From: a virus
Length of the DNA stretch: 64,000 bases
IMG/VR virus record: IMGVR_UViG_3300017917_001940
Span: 1-64,000 of that record
Strand: one strand, 5' to 3'
Part shown: in pieces, positions 57,497-64,000 of the stretch
Numbering within the stretch: the stretch's first letter is position 1
How the letters are laid out: each line of letters begins with the position of its first letter
Notes under the pieces: model-generated
Seen by the model: only the letters and a program-made list of their open reading frames with translations
What the model was told of the DNA's origin: nothing
Database searches by the model: none
Made by a program: the position numbers and the translations under genes

Positions 57497-58407
57497 TAGA
57501 TAGTCGTAACGAATGGGATCCATTAGAAGAAATTATTATTGGTCGTGCTGACTATGCTAACTGGCCCAGTGACGATCCTGTGTTTGCACAAGAAGCAGAA
57601 AAAACAGCCTGGAAAGATTCTCCCGTTCCTGGTGGTCCTGTGCCACAGTGGATTATAGATGAAGCCAACGAAGATTTAGATGCACTAGCCGATGTATGTC
57701 GCAAGTATGGTGCTGTAGTTTATCGTCCACAGCCCTACAATTATGTTGAACGTCAAGGTATGTATGGTTATTGCCCACGTGATCGTGTGTTAGTTGCTGG
57801 CAAACAAATAGTTGATGTTTCAATGATGTATCCCTGTCGTAATCAAGAGATTGGAGCACTGGAACATGCCTGGGTAGGACATCAAACACTGCGCATGCCT
57901 AAAACTTCTGAGTTTGTTTGTGATGCCGCAAACATCGCTCGCCTGGGCGACACATGGTTATTCCTTGAAAGTTGGTCTGGTAACCGCAGAGCATACGAGT
58001 GGTTGTGTGAACAGTTTCCTAACATAAACATCGAATTGGTAAATTTCTATGCTGGTGTACACATAGATAGCACAGTAATACCCTTGCGTGAGGGTTTGGT
58101 CCTGCTCAATGGTGCTAGAGTCAACGATGATACTTGCCCAAAAGCATTCAAAGATTGGGAAAAGATATACGCACATGATGTAGTGCCTCAGGGCTTTTAC
58201 AATTATCCCTATGCCAGTAAATGGATTGCCTTAAATATGCTAGTATTAGATCCACACACGGTTATTGTTGATCGGCATCAAAAAACGCTAATTAATATAC
58301 TGGAGAAATATAAGTTTACAGTTATACCTTTGGAACTGCGCCACAGCCGTACATTAGGGGGTGGATTCCATTGTGTTACATTAGATACACGGAGACGTCA
58401 TGCTTGA
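57493..58407 (+). CDS. Amidinotransferase (glycine/inosamine-phosphate amidinotransferase family; start 57493)
   Basis: NEWDPLEEIIIG, CPRD, DAAN, HIDST, GGGFHCVT catalytic D/H/C. Confidence 0.85.
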   Translation: MIDSRNEWDPLEEIIIGRADYANWPSDDPVFAQEAEKTAWKDSPVPGGPVPQWIIDEANEDLDALADVCRKYGAVVYRPQPYNYVERQGMYGYCPRDRVLVAGKQIVDVSMMYPCRNQEIGALEHAWVGHQTLRMPKTSEFVCDAANIARLGDTWLFLESWSGNRRAYEWLCEQFPNINIELVNFYAGVHIDSTVIPLREGLVLLNGARVNDDTCPKAFKDWEKIYAHDVVPQGFYNYPYASKWIALNMLVLDPHTVIVDRHQKTLINILEKYKFTVIPLELRHSRTLGGGFHCVTLDTRRRHA

Positions 58408-59677
58408 TCCACAAGTAGTAACAAAATTAGTTGAACAACATATTGCTGACTCAGTTGATGGTCAAGTGACTGACCTCTTTTCCAAAGAAGAATGGTTAAA
58501 CCCAATTGAGGACAAGATTGTTCGATTTACACAAGATACTATCTTAAGAAAATTTGCTAATTCTAGCTCAATGCCTGAAATTATTGAAGCAGTTAAAAAG
58601 AGTGTTGAGAAGATGTTTGCAGATGGATACATTCCTGGAATTGAAAATTTTGTAGATTCTCAAATTATCAAAAAAGCCACCGATGAATCTATCAGTGAAA
58701 TTGTAAAAAAATCAATATCTAGACTAGAAAAAGATCCACAATGGATTAAAAACGTCGAAGGAATGATTAACCAGGTTGTAGTTAATCGTGTGTTAAGTGC
58801 AATGAGCACTGTCGATGTTAGTGCAGTAATCAATCGTCGTGTCGACGAAAGACTTAATAAACTTAAAGATGAGATTGTCGAAAGGACCACACTTAAGGGC
58901 ATTCAAAATGCCGCTGGACAAGTAGAGCTCACAGTGTTGGATCAACACGTTGTTGTGGAAAATCAGTTCACCACTAAAAATCTTGAAGTGGTTGACACCG
59001 CAGTAGTTAACAATCTTAACATCACCGGAGATGTGAATATTTCTGGCCCTAGTTGGAAAAATGTTAGAATAGAAGTGGCAAAAGACGCAGTTAATTTATT
59101 AACTGATGCTTGGAAGGATCAACTGATAAAGGACTTATCTGCAGAAATTAAAACTAACGGCATTAACTTTGAAAGTGTGATGATAGATAATATTCCATTG
59201 GTTGCCGACGGCAAATTGTCAGATGCGATTGTGTCTAGTAGTATTCAAGAACTTGGAACCCTGAAAAAATTAAAAGTCAGCGGAGAATCTCACATCTATG
59301 ATACATTTAGTGTGGTAAACAAACGTGTAGGTATTAACACTCCTGAGCCCGAAATGGCACTGGGATTATGGGACGAAGAAGTTAGTGTTGTAATTGGTAA
59401 ACTTAAAAACAAGACCGGTTATATTGGCACCGGTCGAGCACAAAATTTGGCTATTGGTGTTAACAAAGATGCCGCAATAGAGATTGATTCTACAGGATTA
59501 ACTGTAGTTAAAAAGTTACAAGTGGGTGTAAATCGAATTGGTTACGACAAACAAGTTCCCGGTTGGTCTGGATCAAAAGGAGACATTGTTTTTAATAATA
59601 ATATAAACAATGAAAATAATGTATTTGCTTGGATATGCCTCGGCGAATACAAATGGAAATCGCTTAGAAGTATATGA
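58400..59677 (+). CDS. Hypothetical virion/tail-fibre-like protein
   Basis: Helical N-part, beta-rich C-part with RVGINTPEP and GDIVFN..WICLG. Confidence 0.45.
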   Translation: MLDPQVVTKLVEQHIADSVDGQVTDLFSKEEWLNPIEDKIVRFTQDTILRKFANSSSMPEIIEAVKKSVEKMFADGYIPGIENFVDSQIIKKATDESISEIVKKSISRLEKDPQWIKNVEGMINQVVVNRVLSAMSTVDVSAVINRRVDERLNKLKDEIVERTTLKGIQNAAGQVELTVLDQHVVVENQFTTKNLEVVDTAVVNNLNITGDVNISGPSWKNVRIEVAKDAVNLLTDAWKDQLIKDLSAEIKTNGINFESVMIDNIPLVADGKLSDAIVSSSIQELGTLKKLKVSGESHIYDTFSVVNKRVGINTPEPEMALGLWDEEVSVVIGKLKNKTGYIGTGRAQNLAIGVNKDAAIEIDSTGLTVVKKLQVGVNRIGYDKQVPGWSGSKGDIVFNNNINNENNVFAWICLGEYKWKSLRSI

Positions 59678-60219
59678 GAATAAGTTGGGTTTTAGCCAAT
59701 CAAACACATCTCGATCCCACCGTTGATATCAGTCAACTTAAAGATATTGGTAGTATCTGGGGAGGTTGGCAAACCTGGAGATCATATCAAACCGATAATG
59801 TAATTTGTTATGATCCGACGAAAGCAGCCGAACTCTTAAAAAGAAACTTTCAACAGAAATGTAATTTCTACCTACCTAATAATCAGTATCAATTTTTGGG
59901 CCGCCCGGAAGGTGTGCGATTGTTTGAAGGAGAAATTAAACACGAAGTAGATAATGTTGATGATTTAGTTAGCTTAAATTTAGCCAGTACTGTAAGCGAT
60001 GTTATTGCTATATTAGGGTTTAACTTAGAGGAATTAGAGGAAACACCCGACAGATTGGCACACCATAAGAAATTTAATTACCAAAACCTTATCTATCGCA
60101 CTATTGAAGATAATCCAGAAGTACAGTGGGTTATTGTGGATCATCCGGGACCACTGGCTAAAATTTTTGGTAAACTTACCAATTTAACCCAAGATACTTT
60201 AGATAACATATTGGGTTGA
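59674..60219 (+). CDS. Hypothetical protein
   Basis: ATGA-coupled. Confidence 0.55.
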   Translation: MRISWVLANQTHLDPTVDISQLKDIGSIWGGWQTWRSYQTDNVICYDPTKAAELLKRNFQQKCNFYLPNNQYQFLGRPEGVRLFEGEIKHEVDNVDDLVSLNLASTVSDVIAILGFNLEELEETPDRLAHHKKFNYQNLIYRTIEDNPEVQWVIVDHPGPLAKIFGKLTNLTQDTLDNILG

Positions 60220-60244
60220 CGCATAAGTCAACTAGCTATATAAT
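60216..60244 (+). promoter_or_regulatory. sigma70 promoter for uvdE
   Basis: TTGACG-17nt-TATAAT, 6 nt before ATG. Confidence 0.75.
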
Positions 60245-60250
60245 GCTAAC

Positions 60251-61312
60251 ATGACTACTTCTATTACACCTCGTATTGGCTTTTGTTGCAAATGGATCGA
60301 TCGTCCAGATCAAGTTGATGGCATCAAGCCTCTTGACGAAGCCAAACAATACAACACCGGTACCACTACTGTGGCCTGGCTCAAACGACAAACTAAAGAA
60401 GTAGCTGAACAGCGACTATGGGACCTAATGGTACAGAACATTGAGTCCACACGCAAATTAGTAGAAAGAGTAGGTACCTTAGATGAACGTTTACGAATGG
60501 TTCGTATCAGCAGTGACATTCTCCCCGTTTACACCCAGCCTGATTTTAGTTATTTTTGGCGCCTTCCTGATGTTCGTGCCTATTCCGAAAAGCATTTCGG
60601 AGACGTTGGTGTTTTGGCTCGTAATGGGGGCGTTCGCCTTAGCTATCATCCTGGCCAGTTCTGTGTTCTTGCATCCGCTGATGACGGCATCGTCGAACGC
60701 AGTATAGAAGAATTTGAGTATCATGCTGATATGGCTCGTTGGATGGGCTATGGAAAATCATGGCATGATCATGGATTTAAGATAAATGTACATTTAAGTG
60801 GTCGCGGTGGTGCCACTAAGTTCCTAGAGACATTGGGTCGCCTCAGTCCAGAGGCTAGGAATCTAATTACCGTCGAGAATGATGAGATGGCAAATGGTTT
60901 GGACGTTACTTTGGCTGTGGCTGAGCATGTGGCTCTGGTATTGGATATACATCACCACTGGGTCAACTCAGGTGAATACATTTCTCCGCAAGACAGTCGT
61001 ACGCGGCGGGTTATTGACAGCTGGCGCGGTACCCGTCCTGTACTTCACTATTCAGTTAGCCGTGAAGATATTCTTGTGGACCATTGCACCCGAACTAGAC
61101 CAGATCATGCCCAGCTCTTGGCAAGTGGTTACACTAAACAGAAACTTAGAGCCCATAGTGACTTTATGTGGAATGACGCAGTTAATGACTGGGCTTTAGA
61201 ATTTTTGCCAAACTTTGACATTCAGGTTGAGTGTAAATCAAAAAATCTAGGAGCTCAAAAGTTGTTTGAGTTCTGGAAAGATCGACAAAATTCTATGCTT
61301 GCCGGTTTTTAA
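60251..61312 (+). CDS. uvdE: UV-damage endonuclease UvdE
   Basis: RIGFCC, RISSD, SYHPGQF, ENDE, LDIHHH, HYS, RAHSD, ECKSK. Confidence 0.9.
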   Translation: MTTSITPRIGFCCKWIDRPDQVDGIKPLDEAKQYNTGTTTVAWLKRQTKEVAEQRLWDLMVQNIESTRKLVERVGTLDERLRMVRISSDILPVYTQPDFSYFWRLPDVRAYSEKHFGDVGVLARNGGVRLSYHPGQFCVLASADDGIVERSIEEFEYHADMARWMGYGKSWHDHGFKINVHLSGRGGATKFLETLGRLSPEARNLITVENDEMANGLDVTLAVAEHVALVLDIHHHWVNSGEYISPQDSRTRRVIDSWRGTRPVLHYSVSREDILVDHCTRTRPDHAQLLASGYTKQKLRAHSDFMWNDAVNDWALEFLPNFDIQVECKSKNLGAQKLFEFWKDRQNSMLAGF

Positions 61313-61951
61313 TTTTTTAATAGTAGCATAATCGGCTTTGATGTCTTTTTGAATTTCGGTAATAGTAAGATTGCGGTTTAATAATTCGAGTATAGTTTTA
61401 TATTTGTTATAGTTTGCAGTATATCTAATCTTCCATGTCTTTTCCGCTCGACTTTTGAGAATTTCAGGATTGTCTATGCACCACTGCTTGGTTGATTGTC
61501 TTTGCTTTTCTATCACTTCAAGTGGTCGAGTTCGACCCGACAACGCCAGAGAAACTTTAGGATTTGGTCTGCCTCTTGTTGTAGAAGCCTGATTCTCAGT
61601 ATGTTCGGGCGTTCTTGAAGGTTTCTTTTTACCTAATTGTTGTTTTCGAAATAGTTCTTTTCTTTCTGGAGTATGATTACCACCTCCGCCGGTTTCTGGA
61701 ATACGATTTGCCCATCCACAATCTTCAACAACATTCCATAATTTACTATAATATCTCCCCCAGTGAGATAGTTCTTCGTTTGAATGGCATTCTCTTAAAA
61801 TCTCAGTATCATAATATGGACCGTGTTCAGCCAGGTGTTGCCTCCATAATAACCCAGAACCTTTGTATTTGTGAGGATCGGTAGATGATGTTTTACCTAG
61901 ATATTTGAATCCAGTTTTTTTGTGTGTTTTAATATACAAGTAAATAAGCAT
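61247..61951 (-). mobile_element. Free-standing GIY-YIG endonuclease (Seg-like) with NUMOD3-like repeats
   Basis: IYLYIKTHKKTGFKYLGKT, YKGSG, WAN..PETGGG; HTPERKE/RTPEHTE repeats. Confidence 0.8.
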
Positions 61952-61952
61952 G

Positions 61953-62017
61953 CTGACATGGTCCTTTCATGTTAGAGTAGTTGGGAGTTCCTGCTCCGCG
62001 AACTACACTTTTATTTA
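61953..62017 (-). promoter_or_regulatory. Late promoter with two-hairpin structured leader of the GIY-YIG gene
   Basis: Minus strand: TAAATA; GTAGTT..AACTAC hairpin; CTAACATG-AAAGGAC-CATGTCAG hairpin with the SD in its loop. Confidence 0.6.
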
Positions 62018-62025
62018 GTTAAAAA

Positions 62026-62307
62026 ATGATTGAAAATATTTTTGGGTGGATTGCACGAGATTATCGTGAACATCCTGTTCGTTGTGTAGCAGAAATATTA
62101 GGTTGGGCAATGAGTGTGGGTGCCAACATTATGTTTATGTTGACTGTGCCAGCTGTGCCCTTCGTTTGGTTTTTAACATTAACTGTATCAAGCAGTGCCA
62201 TCTTTGCCTGGGCACTGTGGACTAGAAATAGTCTAGGTGGTTTGGCCAACTATGCCTTCCTGGTTACAGTAGACACAGTGGCCTTGATCAAACTATTGTT
62301 ATTTTGA
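62026..62307 (+). CDS. Small membrane protein
   Basis: Three hydrophobic segments. Confidence 0.55.
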   Translation: MIENIFGWIARDYREHPVRCVAEILGWAMSVGANIMFMLTVPAVPFVWFLTLTVSSSAIFAWALWTRNSLGGLANYAFLVTVDTVALIKLLLF

Positions 62308-62580
62308 TTTTTTTGGTGCTGACTTCTTAGCAGGTGCCTTTTTAGCAGTGGCTTTGGCTGGTGCTTTTTTACCCTTGTTAGACTTGGCTTTGACTGCTGG
62401 TTTCATTTCTTTAACAGGAAATGATTTTTCAGCTTCTACTTGAGCACGCATTTCTTCGTGGAACTCTAACCCTTTTTTAGGTTGTTCTAATGCTGTAACA
62501 TAATCTGTGTTAAAAGCAGGTTTGCCCACTGGTGCTTGAGCTTCGGTTTTACCAAAAAGTTTCTTAATAAAGTTTAACAT
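62299..62580 (-). CDS. Small protein with Lys/Ala-rich histone-H1-like tail
   Basis: GAGGAG SD, TAAATA upstream; PAKATAKKAPAKKSAPKKSK. Confidence 0.6.
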   Translation of the reverse strand: MLNFIKKLFGKTEAQAPVGKPAFNTDYVTALEQPKKGLEFHEEMRAQVEAEKSFPVKEMKPAVKAKSNKGKKAPAKATAKKAPAKKSAPKKSK

Positions 62581-62633
62581 ATAAATCTCCTCGCATTTAT
62601 TTAACCCAATATAATAGATACTGGCAAAAATAC

Positions 62634-62662
62634 TTGACTTTTGTGCGGTTGCAACATAAACT
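62634..62662 (+). promoter_or_regulatory. sigma70-type promoter
   Basis: TTGACT-17nt-TAAACT. Confidence 0.55.
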
Positions 62663-62698
62663 GTATAAGTATATTAGTAGAAACCATGAGAGGCTTGT

Positions 62699-62797
62699 AT
62701 GTTTAAAACAATTTGTAAGGCAATCAAGATAACTATAACTAGTATTTGCGATAGAATCGAATATCATAAGAAGTCCAAACAATCAGACTGGGAATAA
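62699..62797 (+). CDS. Small hypothetical peptide (32 aa)
   Basis: GAGAGG SD; ends 1 nt before the GNAT ATG. Confidence 0.35.
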   Translation: MFKTICKAIKITITSICDRIEYHKKSKQSDWE

Positions 62798-62798
62798 T

Positions 62799-63341
62799 AT
62801 GTTATCCACAATGTTTTTACCACGCAGCGAGTATGACTTGTATAAGTTATGGCTCAAGCAACAAGATCCGGAAACACTTCGTATGTATTTTGGAGTGAGT
62901 GTAACCAGTGGATATATTGATCAGGTAATGGCACGCATTGATGCTGATAGATCAAAACACCACTTTTTAGTGGCATTTGACCACGACCAATGGATCGGCA
63001 TAGTACACATAGCCGACATACCCAATGGTGGCGCCGAGTTTGGATTTATAGTAGATACTGATCATAGACAACAAGGTGTTGCTGATAGACTAATGGACGA
63101 AGCAACCACCTGGTGTAGAAATCGAGGTTATACCAAGTTATTTCTACACTGCTTGAGTCGTAACGAACCTATTAAAAAGTTGTGTTTGAGACACGGTCTT
63201 GAAATACACAATGTAGATGGAGATGCAGAAGTTGCAGTTGAACTTCCTCCTCCTAGCTTTTTTACCTTGGGTAAAGAAGTATCAGCATGCCAGCGTAACT
63301 TGTTTACCATGATGTTAAACAAGACTCTGCATATAACCTAA
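62799..63341 (+). CDS. GNAT family acetyltransferase
   Basis: AEFGFIVDTDHRQQGVADRLM acetyl-CoA motif; NEPIKKLC. Confidence 0.8.
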   Translation: MLSTMFLPRSEYDLYKLWLKQQDPETLRMYFGVSVTSGYIDQVMARIDADRSKHHFLVAFDHDQWIGIVHIADIPNGGAEFGFIVDTDHRQQGVADRLMDEATTWCRNRGYTKLFLHCLSRNEPIKKLCLRHGLEIHNVDGDAEVAVELPPPSFFTLGKEVSACQRNLFTMMLNKTLHIT

Positions 63342-63349
63342 GGAAAAAT

Positions 63350-64000
63350 ATGTCAACAATCATAGCCGCACTGGTGATGGTACAAATCACCATAGCCTGT
63401 GTTACACTCTACTTACATAGAAGTCAGGCACATAGAGCAGTTGAGTTTCATCCTGTAGTCGCCCATTTCATGCGTTTTTGGTTGTGGTTAACCACAGGCA
63501 TGGTCACCCGGGAATGGGTAGCCATACACAGGAAACATCATCAAAAATCGGATACACCCGAAGATCCACATAGTCCAGCAGTGTATGGTATTTGGAGAGT
63601 ATTATTTGGAGGAGCACTATTATATGTTAAAGCTAAACAAGACAAAGGTATGGTTGATAAACTTGGGATTGGCTGTCCTAATGATTGGGTTGAGCGCAAT
63701 GTTTATAGTCGCTACCCTAGCACAGGAATCGCCCTCTTACTCATTATTGATACGCTAGTATTTGGCTGGACAGGCTTGCTAGTGTGGGGAATTCAAGTGC
63801 TTTGGATTCCATTTTGGGCCGCTGGTGTTATCAACGGGCTAGCACATTGGGTTGGTTATCGTAATGTAGATACTAAAGATACATCAAGAAACCTTTGGCC
63901 GTTGGCTGTATGGATCGGCGGCGAAGAATTACATAACGGGCATCACGCTAACGGCACCAGTCCAAAATTCAGCCAAAAGTGGTGGGAGTTTGATATCGGT
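63350..64000 (+). CDS. Membrane fatty-acid (delta-9-type) desaturase, truncated by window end (not in ORF track)
   Basis: His boxes HRSQAH, HRKHH, HNGHH; GVINGLAH, GGEELH. Confidence 0.9.
   Translation, partial: MSTIIAALVMVQITIACVTLYLHRSQAHRAVEFHPVVAHFMRFWLWLTTGMVTREWVAIHRKHHQKSDTPEDPHSPAVYGIWRVLFGGALLYVKAKQDKGMVDKLGIGCPNDWVERNVYSRYPSTGIALLLIIDTLVFGWTGLLVWGIQVLWIPFWAAGVINGLAHWVGYRNVDTKDTSRNLWPLAVWIGGEELHNGHHANGTSPKFSQKWWEFDIG

Noticed and set aside
62641-62657. PhaR-like operator (TTGTGCGGTTGCAACAT) in the promoter spacer
   Set aside because: The spacing between TGC and GCA differs from the consensus I recall, it is a single copy, and no phasin gene follows.

Overview
A 64-kb, AT-rich, densely coding segment of a large T4-like (myovirus-type) lytic phage genome in standard genetic code 11. 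The host is probably a proteobacterium, inferred from host-like groEL, iscU/iscA, rpsU and desaturase genes. In order, the window holds: (1) a replication block (UvsW helicase, clamp-loader-like subunit, a 189-aa miniature DnaE-like protein, primase, DnaB/gp41 helicase) interleaved with SGNH-like, methyltransferase and B12-radical-SAM enzymes; (2) a cluster of probable head/internal virion proteins, including a Pol-beta-nucleotidyltransferase + ligase-like fusion; (3) IscU, IscA, dCMP deaminase, an exonuclease and a beta-helix tail protein; (4) a class Ia ribonucleotide reductase whose nrdA is split at the active site by a GIY-YIG endonuclease plus a passenger gene, followed by a MobE-like HNH gene, nrdB, glutaredoxin and PAAR; (5) an early accessory region with repeated promoter cassettes and a DNA ligase; (6) a proteostasis island (ClpX, bS21, GroES, GroEL, Hsp20, ClpS) with two ROSE-like RNA thermometers; (7) a CsgF-CsgG-curlin-FecR ... 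CHASE2-adenylate-cyclase module; (8) an NDP-sugar dehydrogenase / oxygenase / amidinotransferase cluster; (9) UvdE, a GIY-YIG gene with a structured leader, a GNAT and a fatty-acid desaturase that runs off the end. I saw no tRNA, rRNA or CRISPR array. All assignments come from motifs recognised by eye; no searches were run.
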